DNA of 62,821 nucleotides, filler included, from Choristocarpus tenellus KU-1152 (Eukaryota > Protista > Phaeophyceae), in assembly GCA_964200185.2 (NCBI GenBank). It is 12 parts of 12 records of this genome, joined end to end, with 100 filler letters (N's around TTAATTAATTAA, not from the genome) between each part and the next. Parts side by side here need not be neighbours in the genome. Positions count along the whole stretch, not along the records: positions 50,297 to 53,397 come from CAXNAD020022321.1; positions 53,498 to 56,073 come from CAXNAD020026616.1; positions 56,174 to 59,298 come from CAXNAD020022145.1; positions 59,399 to 62,821 come from CAXNAD020020139.1; 8 more parts are not named here. One strand, written 5' to 3'. The position numbers were made by a program, and so were the translations under genes. The number at the start of each line of letters is the position of its first letter. Positions within the stretch are counted from its first letter, which is position 1. The notes below the pieces were generated by a model. It saw nothing but the letters and a program-made list of their open reading frames with translations, ran no database searches and had not been told where the DNA came from. This document shows positions 50,400-62,821 of the stretch, one piece after another.

Positions 50400-53017
50400 C
50401 CGCCGTGAGGGTGGGACCGGACAGGTTCATCTTCAAGACTTAGTCAGTTGTTGAGTGTTTGGGTAAGGCCCACCTTTCATTCCTGGCAAGTCTTTTGTTG
50501 CAGATCCGCCTCTACCACCGGGGTGTACGCGAGGACGAACTCGCTCCATGTGACACGGGTGTTGTGAGCGTCCAGCATACAAGGGCACTTCCACATGGGG
50601 TGAGATTTCCACTTGCACAGGTGACATGTACTGTCGACACATTAATTTTTGAAACCGCCCAAGGAACCGCCCAAGGAACCGCCAGAGGACGGTTCGCTGA
50701 GGGGTTCCAGCATGGTCCTGTCGCATCTATTTTGTTTTGATTAGTCCATATGAGCGGTTGAGTGAAAGTATCTTAGAGGGTACGAGTTTTGCCCTGTTTG
50801 TCCATTTGGGGCTTGGCGTCCCTTAGGGTTTTTATGACATTTTCGTAGTCCAAAATATTTTGGAGTAGGTACAATGTTAATGTTATGAAATGTGTGTTTG
50901 GAACAAGCATGTTGATACTTCCTAACAAACACGATAGCCAAATTTACATTGAAATCGCAACACTGGATTTTGGCCCCCAAATGGACGTGGCTCTATCCTC
51001 TAAGATACTTTGGCTCGGTTTCTGTTGTCAGTGTGGTACGGATGTTTGAGCAGCGGATGGAACGTCACTAGTGGAGTATGGTTTTGACTGCAATATACAT
51101 ACATACGTAGAGTACGTAGTGAAACAGTTTGAGTGTGTGTGTGTGATGTACGTTGGTGTATGTATCTTTAGTGTGTGGTCTCATTATGTTGGATAACCAT
51201 TACAGCTCGTGGCTGTAACACATTCGCCACATCAAAATAATGTGGTTTGGAAGACAAGCTTACAAGAGGAAGGCCATTAAATGAGCACCACTTTCGAATG
51301 CGGTCTCCACTTCTTTAGACCCGCATCATTTGCCTTTGTCGCAGAATTCGCATGTGCATGCGCAAGCACGTTGTCCATCGTCGCGAAAGCTCATTCTTCC
51401 ATCTACTCTCTTCCAGTTCTCTCTTAGGCACTGAACCTTGAGGTCGGTGGCCATATGGTGGACGCAAACGCATGATCTGTGTTGTGCAGGAGAATGGAGG
51501 GAGGAATGCGGTTGGTGGATTATCCTCGCTTTTGTGTGTGGACACTCATGATGCATAACGTGACTGGCTATCCTGTGGCGGTTAGGAAAACGTAGAGATG
51601 CCCGGTCGCCACTGTAGCGTGTATCCAAAAAACCCCGATAGGCTCTATTTCCGCACATACCTTGGTGTGACCTTTGAAATGTAGAACGGTCTCCACTTCA
51701 CGAATGTTGACATACAGGGTACTGGTCCTGGGATCCCCTCCTGTTCGAATCCCTCCTTGAAGTTGGCATAGACATCCTCATCTGTGCCAATCTGTGACCT
51801 GTTGTGACGTGGGTTGCACCTTGTGTATATGTGGTGTAATGTAACAGTTTTGTTGGAGGGTGAAAATGTTGCACTGTGATTAATCCATGAAGTGTCTAGG
51901 GTGGAACGCGAGCAATATTAGTGAGGATGACACTCGCTAGTGTTGAGTACCTCTGAGCGCGCTGTTGGCACAGCGCATCAGGATGGCAAACTCTCTTGTT
52001 CGTATGCGGGTCTAAGTAGTGCATTCCCTGGGCGGCATCATGAGATGTGACCGGATCGTGGGGCATGGCGGTGCTGTTGCTCTCCCACACGGTGATACCC
52101 AGAACATGTGTATCAGGATGCAAGATATGGAACTGTCGTGAGGAGTTGTCCCTTCTCACGTCGAACACCCTTGGTTTGCCGTTTTGTGCGAGGAACCATG
52201 GGAGATATGGGGCGTGTGTGTCGGTTGTGCAGCATAATATGAGGGATCATCTGGGCATCCCTGTTAGTGATGAAACTGTTTTCTACATACACAGTGAATG
52301 TGTTCGCCCGGGGGGGGGAAGTTTTGTGTGTCACACTGTTGGTGGTTGCGGGAGAAACGAACTTCCATACCTGTGTGCGGTGCCTGGAGTGTAGTCGTGA
52401 GCAATGTTTATGTTTGAGCAGGGAGAGAAGCCCCCAACGTCATCTGCAGCCGATTCGGACGGCCTCACCTGTTGCCGCATGTCTCGCAAGAATTCCGTGC
52501 GTTTTTCGGCGGACGATCTTAGTGTGTCGATGCTGATGTTGTACTTTTTTGCTGTGACAGACAGAAGTGGTTGAAACGTTGATGTAACCCCATCGTCGCC
52601 TATTACGACATCGGGAGTGATGCTGACCAGGACGGACTTGTACACCTGGCGCGTGTGGTCGGTGCTAAGATCATTCTTTATGCATTGGAGGAATGTATAA
52701 ACCTGGAGATCAGGCGTTGACTCGCGTTGTTCCCGACCCAACGCAGCTCGCAGTGCACTTGCCAACAGTGCAAATCTGCTCTTCTTATCCAACAATCAAG
52801 AGGGAAGGTCGTTCCAAGTTCGGCCGCTTCCTTCCATCTCTTCTGAGCCATTGTGGTTGACAAACATGGACAGGAAGAGGTCCATTATCTGGTCTGTTTT
52901 GGATTTCTTCCACGAACGGGCGGCACTGGTCTTGGGTAGTCTCTTTAGTCCCCGTCTCCTGAGTGGGATCGAAAGGAGGTCACGATGTAAGTTGGGTGGG
53001 TTTGTTTCCTTTGACAC
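50400..53017 (-). mobile_element. Degenerate Sola2-type transposase gene, N-terminal half, with spliceosomal introns
   Basis: ORFs 52796-53017 and 52331-52795 are in frame across one TGA. STFVKWRPFYISKVTPR / SCVCVHH are joined in frame by a GT-AG intron at 51660-51477 (cf. FxxLRP...CxCxxH). Then CACTCEFC and, after the MITE-containing interval, CVDSTCHLCKW...RVTWSEF. Confidence 0.65.
50760..51016. mobile_element. Complete 257-bp non-autonomous Sola2-like MITE with 4-bp TSD
   Basis: TIRs GAGTGAAAGTATCTTAGAGG / CCTCTAAGATACTTTGGCTC; GGTT duplicated at 50756-50759 and 51017-51020; subterminal GTCCATTTGGGG inverted pair. Confidence 0.88.
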
Positions 53018-53497
53018 TAGTGATCGATCCTCATCATGTGAACAACCTCAGTAATATTACATCTTTCTTCGGGGAAAGGTGCTCACGCACAATGTTTCGT
53101 CACTCTAGGTGCTCAACGGAAAAGGGCCGTGGTGAATGACACCCCACTTTGAAAGCATAGAGAAGGGTGTGTTTGACGCATCAACAACCGAAACTGCCTA
53201 GATTATATTCTCTTGAAAATGTGTGCGTCGCATATATGCGGTCAATCACGAGCCACATACAAAAGGTTACAAAAAAAAGGATGAAGCATGTGTAGGACGA
53301 GGTGACTGGGGGTAGTTTGTCCAACGGTACGAAGTGTGTTTTGGTACGAATTTCTGTTGGAAAACAGTTGACATGTGCATGGTGGGTGTCGCCCCTGNNN
53401 NNNNNNNNNNNNNNNNNNNNNNNNNNNNNNNNNNNNNNNNNTTAATTAATTAANNNNNNNNNNNNNNNNNNNNNNNNNNNNNNNNNNNNNNNNNNNN

Positions 53498-53549
53498 CGA
53501 TACGGACGCCCCCTCACAAACCACCTCCCCCCCCCAAATACTTTGAGTC
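53498..53549. mobile_element. Right end of the small palindromic MITE (as at 1-76)
   Basis: ACGGACGCCCCCTCACAAACCAC, C-run, AAATACTTTGAGTC. Confidence 0.7.
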
Positions 53550-53579
53550 TCATGAGTTTAGGTGGTCTTGCACAACAGA

Positions 53580-54420
53580 TAAGCGGGCAATTGTGATGAT
53601 TCGTCAGAGGCGTTCGAGGTCCTAAGGAACCATTTTGCTCGTGACGGGATGAAGGAAAGAACCATTTTTCCGTCCAAGTAAAAAATCTTCATCTACCTGT
53701 GGGGGAAGGTCCAACACTTGTTATCATGCACTTGGACAAGCTGGTGAAGGTGATGAGCCTAGCGAGGTCGCCCAGTTGATTTCAATACAAAATTCCCTCG
53801 CTGAGGAGTACTTTATGGAGATCAGAAAGGTTGTTGGATGAGGGCGTGAAGGAAGACTTGATCTACGAAAAGAGAAGCTTGTGAAACATACAGGATATGA
53901 AAAGAGACAACAAGACAGACTGATGGAAAGCAATTGTGGGGCACTGATATCTGATGGACCCGTTGGGGAGGTGGAAGTACAGGGTGGCGCAAGGGCCGAT
54001 GACCACGACGTGTGGAGTGCTGGCTGTGTGGAGGACTTCACTTTCAATCTTCTTGCCCTTCTGTTGTTTCCTTGCGTTCCAGATCTTACGCAGGTGCCTG
54101 TTATGTCCGTGGAATGACAGGGTACAAGGCTTACAGCTGCTCTAAACGTGATGGGGTTGTTGGGGAGAGTGGGCAAGGACCAAGTAATTCTGGATTAACC
54201 ACTGGAAGAAATAGAAGAAATGGGAAGGGAAAAGGGAAAGGAGATAGAAACAATGCTCGTGACGCTGGACATGGGGAAAGTAAAGCCAATGGTACGCCAG
54301 TACAGCTTGGTGAATTCTGGTGGGTAAGCGATGACGACAGTCTTGAGGAATGGGATGACACGTTTGATTCTTTGACAGTGGGGGTGTTCAGTCAGGTTCA
54401 TAACACAGTGCTCTATTTGT
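53580..54420 (+). mobile_element. Degenerate LTR-retrotransposon gag (probably Ty1/Copia) with two zinc knuckles
   Basis: ORF 54012-54476 contains ECWLCGGLHFQSSCP and the decayed CYVRGMTGYKAYSC, then a G/K/N-rich linker. Upstream fragment SEAFEVLRNHF; many stops. Confidence 0.6.
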
Positions 54421-57400
54421 TGTTTTCTTTTGGGGGCGGGAGAAATGAGGCATGTTGTATGGGATGCTCTCGATAAGGCTGACACTCTTATCGTAAGGGC
54501 ATGTCACAACTAAAACACCAAAGAAAAAAAGGACGGTGTTCCTGACCCTCCTGACCCTTCCCTAAGCCCTTTCGCAACTAACGAAAGAAGGATAGAAACA
54601 TATCCACATAATAATGCAAAATGGATCAAAAGAGATAATAATAATTGGTAGTGGTAGAACGTATGTAGGCCCTGTGACCCACTCTGCAAGGAATGCACAT
54701 ACACTATACCTCGAGTTAGATTAGTTAATGTCATCTGAGTTGGAGGCGATTTTAACCCCTTTGAGTTTCAAGGTCTTTTTGAATGCTGCAACACTATATG
54801 AAAACTTTGAGGGAAAGAAAAATACATCAAAAGATAATCATGTCCACACCTGAAAAACAGTTAACCTCCAGGATGGGGTGAGTGGAGAAGAGGATCAGCG
54901 ATGATAAACATATTTTTAGCCAAGAGTGGCCTCCACACAACAGTGGGAGGGGGATCACATGTGATACTCTTCCCACCCCGCCCAGTTTTACTTGGAAATT
55001 AGATGGAAGAAAGAAGCACTAACTGCTGCACTGCTCCGGAATATATTCTGAGGCAACGGACGATCTGTGAGGTAGATACGTTTGAACTTGAAGAGCAGAC
55101 GTTTTTTTCGATTAGGACGAAAGTCCATTCACAGAAACGAATCATATACACTATGCACCGTCTCCCGCTCCATTCGCTAGTGTACACGAATGCATAGTCC
55201 TGAAATACAAAACATGTCCAAGGAATATGCAATATAGGATCATCGCGACATGTACATTCCGGAGTATAATATACATGCTAATATTGTATACAATGTTCGG
55301 AATATAAGGAGAGCACACACACGAAGAAATTACCACATAATATGACCGACCCACATGTCCAGCCTGGTGTCACTTATTAATTGTTGGAATGGGAAATTGC
55401 TCCCTCTCTGACCTCTCTGAGGCATAGGAAACACAATACATGCACGCATTATTCGTGATGTTAAGGAGCAAAGAACACAAGAATACGAACAATGTGTATA
55501 TCGTGTTTATGAATTTCACCTCACACCACGGCTGACTATAACAACTAAATACATGGAAGGGATGTAGTATGCACAACATGTGCTGTATAGCGAGATGAAG
55601 TACTAGAGACGTACGTCCTGTATGTTTTGTACTTAATAAGTGTCTTGAAACACAAAACGTGTGTGGAATATGCTTCGGAACTAAGTGCTACTATACGTAA
55701 CATATATTCTGAGAAGGGTATATTTTCATCTCAACAACTGTTGACAAAATAACATTATTGATACGATGTACAGGCTGTTTCAGTAAAACATGATAAAATC
55801 ACTTCAGATTGTGGCACACCTTCCACATACAATATTTTTACTTTCATTACACAATCTTATCCCTTTGTACACAAAACCTTTCCCTTAGTGTTGTGGAAGC
55901 CAAAATATCATGTTTCGTTCCAGTACTTATGTTTTTTGGACTTGAGCGTTCCAAAGATGCAACGTCATAATACAGTACTAGATTATAGGCCGGGGTGTTC
56001 GCCATACAACAGTGGATTTTAAAAATTGAGGATGGAGCGTACTATTGAGGATAGGTTTGACCGAAAATGGTGCNNNNNNNNNNNNNNNNNNNNNNNNNNN
56101 NNNNNNNNNNNNNNNNNTTAATTAATTAANNNNNNNNNNNNNNNNNNNNNNNNNNNNNNNNNNNNNNNNNNNNGTGTCCTCCACAAATACTGCAGGGGCG
56201 CGTTCAAGTTCTTTGTCCTCCGGATGACATCGCAGTTGGTTTTTTTTTTGGGGGGGGGAGCGGGGGGTGAGCTGAGCACATACGGACTTGCCAGTTCATT
56301 AAAAAAAGGGTAATAATGGGATGGGGGGAAAGGGTGAGCGATGGTGGCATCCACACTCCGAAAAAATAGTCCTGAAAAAAAGAAAAAGAAATATGAAACA
56401 GTAGACATTAGGATAGAGACATAGAGCTAAGGATAATTGTTCTAAAAAAAATAGTTTCCATGTTCTTACACGTAATAGTTCCTAGTATTGTGTAACCGTT
56501 TTCTCTACATTAGATATCTCGAACTCTTGACAATTCTCAAGATTACTTCCTGTGTGCAAAGCATGAGAACCTATTTTAATAACTCGGGAAAGGGGACTTT
56601 GGGTGTGACCGGAGCTCATTCACTCTTGTGTTTGCCTTTAAGGAATCTGGCTTCTCCTGGCCCTGATCAAGCCATAGATCTGCAGTGTTGATGTTGGTGT
56701 CAGTGGTCAAAAGAGCGTATTTGCCTCACGCTTGCATCCTCTTCCCTTGGCAACAACTTAACAGTCGGGGGTCTCCTCTGATTACACATCAGGTGAACAA
56801 ATGAGCCATGTGCTGAATATCGAACTTCTGGAGTGTAATTTCCCGTTTACTACAATCAACCTGTACATCCTATAAATTACTGCTTAAAACCATCAAATTC
56901 AACAACCCTGCATCAACAACACACACCAGGATGAAGACTGCACAACAACTTTGGCAATGGAACACACCTTCACTTGATCAGGTCGTCTAACCACAACTTC
57001 AACTTGATTCTTAAACGCCTAATTCTGTAAGCCCAACCAATTACTTCACAATGCAGATGCTGCATGGAGGCACCTTCCTCAAACTATGTAGAACTTGAAA
57101 ATATCCGTATCTGATTAAAAACAAAAACATTGATCCTTCAGCTTCAACTTTCAACCTCTCCTCCAAACCATTCTATGGACTGGTTTTATATTGATGCCTG
57201 GCTTCGTTACCCCTTTAGAATGGGCACATCCACGTAATTCCATGCCGGATACAGGCCAACCACCTTTATTTTGTTTTCATCTGTTTTCATCGTATACAAA
57301 TGTAGTTTCCACCTCACAAGAAGGCAACAAGGAAAGGTTCGAGGCTAACGGGAGCAGGGAGGGCGACTGACATTGTTATTCACACCTAACAGAAATAAAG

Positions 57401-58154
57401 CCCTGTAATAGCAAGACATGAAGTTATACAAATTGGGATGGAGGGATAGGGATAGGGATAGGGATAGTGTTAGGGTTGGTTCCCTCCTAAACGCCTAGTT
57501 TCCACCTCACTATAAGGTCACAAGGAAAAGTTGAACAGAAGAGAGCAAGATTCCTTAACTCTAACGACCTGGGTGGGAAGTACTGCGTACCAACACAGCA
57601 GGAGCACAAACCTTGACGCAAGTCTTGCCACCTTCCAATTTCTCGAATTCAAGCAATTGAATAAGAGGATATCTATTAAGACATTCCGTCCATTGTGTTG
57701 TTGAAGGTGATGAATGTGATCTATAAACAATATCCACAGTCTCTTGAACCTCCTTCCATGTGGTGTACACTACGAAACTCTTCCTGGGCCCCTGGCTATA
57801 CTCACGGACCCTCCGTATGACTGGACGCATACTCCTGTCCCAACCTCAACCTCTCCCCCTCGCAAATCTAGACGTTGATATCTTCCTGTGAACTGATATC
57901 TTCCTGTGAACAAAACATACGCCGTTTTGATGACTCTTCTGTCACCAGTCGACTAAATACGTCCTGGAAACGTTACCCCACCCGAGGAAAGTATCTGAGA
58001 GCATCACCACACATGATATAACGATGGAGCGTCTCACATGATCGTGTAAATATATACTCCAGCCATATCACGTCGAACGGAGGTTACCACCCCTTTCATG
58101 AACACTTCACTCCCAAAAATTTCCTTGAACAAATTAAATCAACCCACACCCTGT

Positions 58155-58305
58155 GGATCAAAGTATCTGGGGGGAGGGGGGGGGTCTACGCCAGGGTGTC
58201 CATTTGGGCCCTGACCAAGAAAAGTACACTTACATTATCCATCCAACACATGAAAAACAGGCACCAAATAGACAGTCACCACCACCCCCCCAGATACTTT
58301 GAGCC
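58155..58305. mobile_element. Complete 151-bp MITE (AAAGTATCT-TIR family)
   Basis: TIRs GGATCAAAGTATCTGGGGGG / CCCCCCAGATACTTTGAGCC, flanked on both sides by TGT. Inverted, internally deleted relative of 22801-22957. Confidence 0.88.
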
Positions 58306-59930
58306 TGTTTCAATATCTTCATCCAGGACGATGGGTCCAACCGTGGACAACCGCCTTCACTATGCGTCCTTGATTGACCCTTCACTTGAGCAAACTAAAG
58401 TGAGGTTCACAAGGTGGAGATCCAGGAGGGCAAGATACAATGCGGCATCAAATGTGGCACAAGGGGTATTGCACCCTCCTACTCCAATCACCACACATGC
58501 AACATGTTTGTTGGTCGTCATCACCAAAACATGCCTTGTATTATTGCTGTTACACAAATATGCCTACCTCACAGTCCCATATTTTTTATTGATACAGTAG
58601 TATCATTGTGGTGTAGCGGTCTGGTAATTGTTGGTAGCTACGTGCGTACACATCCTCACACGTCATTTAACGTTATTTATTTATTCGAGGTACAGGGTTG
58701 CTGACTCCCAACACGTTGGGCATCGGTTGCTTGTTTGCCACAATGTGAAGAGGTATGAACCATTATACCCACCTTTGTTTATGCCTTCTTACAGCATATA
58801 CTCTTTGATTACACACCCTGTTGGTGGTAGACATTAAATTGTATTCATGGAGTATATTCTAACATCACTATGCATTTTGTTGTGATACAAAATGAGTTCT
58901 TAGGGTGGGTGATCGTTTTCAAAAAGAAGTCCCTGTAGAGAATGAAAAAGTCGAACAAACCACAAATAATCGTGATTGCAATATGCTTATACTACTACTG
59001 CTGCACGACTACCATTATTTCTTTTAGTGGAAGAGTCAACAAAACTAATGAGTACCCAGAGTAAACGACAGGTACTCAGGTTTTGTCCGTTTTGCATTTA
59101 TTTTAAGCCGTTTTTTCAATCTTCTACAATTCACCCATAATTCTACGAAGGGCTAATGATTTTGACTGGAGAGGGTTGATTTTTCTTTTGTTTGAAACTT
59201 TTCAACAAAATTCAGATATTTCATAGGCATTTAACAGGGGAATCTCAAAATTGAGGAAGGCGCGGGACTATGAGGATGGTTTTTTTGCGAAAACGGTCNN
59301 NNNNNNNNNNNNNNNNNNNNNNNNNNNNNNNNNNNNNNNNNNTTAATTAATTAANNNNNNNNNNNNNNNNNNNNNNNNNNNNNNNNNNNNNNNNNNNNCA
59401 GTCAATTTTGGGTCAAGCCCATCCTCAATGAAAAGCTCCATCCTCAGTTTTTGAAATCGGCTGTTATATCAAGATCACTTGATGCGCTCGGGTGTGCTAT
59501 CTAGACATGAGTCAGGTAGGTGCATAAACGAAAAACATCGCCGGTTACGATCAATTCCACGCATCATTCCTATTACAAATGCGAACAATCACCTAAATTA
59601 TTAGCACAGCCTACATACACAAGATAATACACCACCCCAGATAACTCCTTTTCACTGTTCAGGACTTTACTGGGACTTCTCCTGTCAAATTCGTTGAAGC
59701 TTGTTCTCTCTCATTAAATCAGCTATTCTTAATTATGATTGTACGTACCTCGCATAAAATACTTCTCCGACGTAGTACTTAATACCTCTGTTCCCTCTTG
59801 ATAGAGTCGTTTTGAATTTAGATTTCCGTACCTCACTTATTTTCTACGTCTTCTCTTTTTGTATTCCACCGTCAAATGTAAGGAGGGCTACCTGATTGGT
59901 ATAATCAAATACCACTTTCATAAACGATAA

Positions 59931-59942
59931 TGTGTGTGTGTG

Positions 59943-59976
<34 letters not shown>
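59931..59976. repeat. (TG)n microsatellite
   Basis: Direct reading of the sequence. Confidence 0.95.
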
Positions 59977-59978
<2 letters not shown>

Positions 59979-61411
59979 TTAAGGAAAAGAGGGTATGCAA
60001 TGGGAAAAAAGGGATGAAGCTAAGACCTTGATTTGAAATCCCTGGTGAGAGCGGTCACGTACACCAAAAAATAATAAACCCAAACTTGCTGAAAGAAAAA
60101 ACTATCAAACACGATATCAAGTTACCTTTCATTAAAAAATAGAAACAATCGAGTCTAACTCTGAGTCAACTATACGTGTCACATGAGCGGTGACATACTG
60201 CGTTTGTATGATGGATACAGACTACCAATCTATGGAACAACACTAACGATCACCATTCAGAGTGATCACACACATTGCAGGTCCATATGTATGTTAGGTG
60301 TGAACACTTACACACTAAGGAAACATTACTAGACCAACAGCCACCACTGGGTGATGAGACTAAACTGTCTATGTATCACAGGTAGAGCAATTTATGCTTC
60401 AACACAGGATACCACCACTACTACTACTATTGTCATTACACCACAATAGCAGTAGTAAGCTAGTGCTGAAGTAGTTGTCCATTTAAGACCACATGACGTC
60501 ATGATATGACGGGACAGAAACCCCCAACGATCCTCTCCTCTGAGAACAAATAATACAATTACTTTTCACACCTAAACATATGGTGCCCCTTCTTAATGGG
60601 CTCACATCCCAAGAGCAATGACAACAGCAACTAATATTTTGAACTGGTTTTGTGAAGGGTAACGGACATGATACAAAGAGGGGAAAATACACCAACTAAA
60701 TAGCCTGTATTTCATATTCAGCCAATACCTCACTCTACCCTGCAATTGATCTCCTACAAAGAACTATCTACACGACACAAAGCAACAATGAGTAGTTGTG
60801 TTCAAGCTTTTAAAATGCTCTACAACCAAAACCCCAACGGAAACCAAAATGCACAGTGGTACAGGACCTTCCTGCAACAGTCAGTTCCTCATGTCATTAA
60901 CATAATCCCTGTATTACAACATATTATGCATGGAAATGAGATTGAAAGAGATCTACTACGGTGCTTATGGCCCTCCTCTACCTTCAAATTTTCCCACACA
61001 GCAATATACCACTGACACACACACACACACGCACACGCACGCACGGACACATTCTACCACCACCACCACCACCCCCCTTCCTCCAAGCACAACCACGTCA
61101 TGAAGTACCCCATTTTCCATCCCTTCCGCCCATTATCGAGTTCTAACAATAAAAGGTTCAATCAACAACACAAGGCACCTCTGACTTCGTTTACATTTAG
61201 ATTGAAGACATGAGGCCCAGCACAGACCCACCACACCTTCTACGCTCAACTCAATTCTGAAAAAAAAAAAAAAACACGGCACAGGCCGGACTCCCCAGCC
61301 ATGCTCCCCTTCACACTTTCGCCTGTCGCCTTCCTAGCTATCAAAAACCCCACTAGTCTGGTCAAGAAAATTCCACAGGTCATGGAAATAAAACGTAAAA
61401 GCCTACACCCA

Positions 61412-62494
61412 CTAAGCCTTCCTCCCCTTGCTCTTCCCCTTCCCCTTGCCTCTTCCCTTTCCTTTCTTGACTGCAGCCATGAGATCATCTTCATCCCCCC
61501 CTCCCCCCCCCTCCTCTACCTCCATATCCCCATCCGCCCTTCCTACTCCAGGCAACTTTCCCACACCCGCAGGAAGCGATCTTGCTATTGGCAAAGAGCA
61601 ATCAAACTCCCCAGTAAGTGCAACAGTCGCCTCCTCTTCAGAGCCTTCATTACCATCCCCTCCTGTGTCCATCGCAGTGACTCCCCCTCGATCAACCTCC
61701 CCACAGGACATCACCTCTCCTCTCACATTCGTAACCTCTACCGCCCGCCCAACCTCCTGTGCCCTAAGTGATGAGGTCAATTCATCAAACTCAGCAACTG
61801 CGTCAGCATTGGCAGCAACTAGGCCCTTCCCAGCAGCAGAGACCCCTCTTTTACCTGACCCTCCACCTAAGTCATTGCTCCTGGAATCCCGTCCTACTGC
61901 TCCCTGCTGCAGGCCCCCATGCATCGAGTCTTTGATCTCCCCCCTTGCCCCCATGCCTCTTCCCTCTCCAACTGCCGCTGTATTCTTTTCTTCCATGGAA
62001 AGACGGGCCTCTGTGATTCTTGCAGCCTCAGCCATCTTCTTGAACAGGTCCGTACTCCTGGTGACATAAGGCATAAGGGGAACAACATGTTTCAGGTTCT
62101 AGTTGAGCTGGGGTTAGGGGGAAGAGGGGGGATATTGTCGACCCTCTCAATACCTCCACAGGCAACAACAAAAAACAAACTCATTTTTTTTATTATCTAT
62201 TAACCAATAGTGGGCTACTAAAATGGAATAAGTGAAACAAAAAAGGAAATATAAAGCACATGTAAAACATGCGAAGGATGAGATTTAAAAAAAACGCAAC
62301 ATATTACACACCAGTGGAAAAAAAAATTTAAGAGCAAAAAAAAAAAAAACATTTCCCCCACACACACACCAAACAAAACCTGACCTTGCATCTTCCATCT
62401 CCAATCCCCTCCCCCCCTTGTTCCCTCCTCCCCTCAATCCCTCCTCCTTGATGCTCTGCGTCACGTGTAGGTCATCGTACTCAAGGTGTTTCAC
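61412..62494 (-). CDS. 3' two exons of an unidentified protein with a Gly/Glu-rich tail and basic C-terminus
   Basis: Exon 62494-62385 (VKHLEYDDLHVTQSIKEEG...EMEDAR, AG|GTCAGG) splices in phase 2 to 62057-61412 (STDLFKKMAEAAR...DDLMAAVKKGKGRGKGKGKSKGRKA*). No stops over 250 codons. Confidence 0.7.
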
Positions 62495-62821
62495 CTGAGA
62501 AAGTATGGAATGCAGTCAGGGCAAGTCAGGGGCATGTATGTGGTGAGAGGTGACGGTGACACAAGTCTCATCCTCAAGACTCATCCTCAAGACTCATCCT
62601 TAGGGTTAGGGCGTGGTCTGGCGGGAGGGGTTGGAGTCACTCTTACTAACTACCTCAGTCGGCATGGCGTTGAGGAGAAAAAAAAAAACAAATTTGTACA
62701 GGTGGAGGAAACACGCCATTTTACACACAGTACACGGTACAGTACTCTTTTTTTTTATTCATCAGTCTGTAAACAACAATCGAGAAGGTACTTCAAAAGC
62801 TCTCATGAATCGGGACATGGC

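Larger units (their letters stand above)
4257..59398. other. Eleven artificial contig-joining spacers (N44-TTAATTAATTAA-N44, stop codons in all six frames)
   Basis: Identical 100-nt blocks at 4257-4356, 8368-8467, 15298-15397, 18094-18193, 22958-23057, 29011-29110, 34855-34954, 50197-50296, 53398-53497, 56074-56173, 59299-59398. Confidence 0.99.

Noticed and set aside
4257-59398. Recurring TTAATTAATTAA motif as a biological repeat, and any 'gene cluster' or system spanning spacers
   Set aside because: It is an artificial linker with fixed N padding; contigs are concatenated, so adjacency carries no information. ORFs ending in XXX-LIN are artefacts.
61428-62069. 213-aa Ser/Pro-rich plus-strand ORF (and antisense ORFs 39079-39507, 39356-39610)
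   Set aside because: Antisense shadows of low-complexity coding exons on the opposite strand.

Overview
This window is not contiguous DNA. It is 12 short eukaryotic contigs (1-4256, 4357-8367, 8468-15297, 15398-18093, 18194-22957, 23058-29010, 29111-34854, 34955-50196, 50297-53397, 53498-56073, 56174-59298, 59399-62821) joined by identical artificial 100-nt spacers (N44-TTAATTAATTAA-N44). Neighbourhoods across spacers are therefore meaningless. Intron-rich genes, a ciliary gene and the transposon spectrum suggest a flagellated alga, probably a stramenopile/brown alga (inference). Host genes reconstructed by hand from splice sites: 5' part of an M1 (puromycin-sensitive-type) aminopeptidase, a complete TMEM107, an RHL1-like topoisomerase VI accessory subunit, the 5' part of STRAP/UNRIP, a small two-exon gene resembling only the EB1 C-terminal (EBH) domain head-to-head with STRAP, and the 3' end of an unidentified gene. 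Most of the rest is decayed transposable-element DNA. It includes an intron-containing Sola2-type transposase (two contigs) with a C-terminal Tudor-like segment, MITEs sharing an AAAGTATCT TIR core, two plant-type mariner remnants with Stowaway-type TIRs, hAT-like ends, a tRNA-derived SINE, and Copia/Gypsy/LINE remnants. TE decay shows a CpG-to-TpG signature. No multi-gene novel system can be supported. The best novelty candidates are the Tudor-fused Sola2 family with its MITEs, and the CH-less EBH-only protein. All family assignments are from remembered motifs, not database searches.
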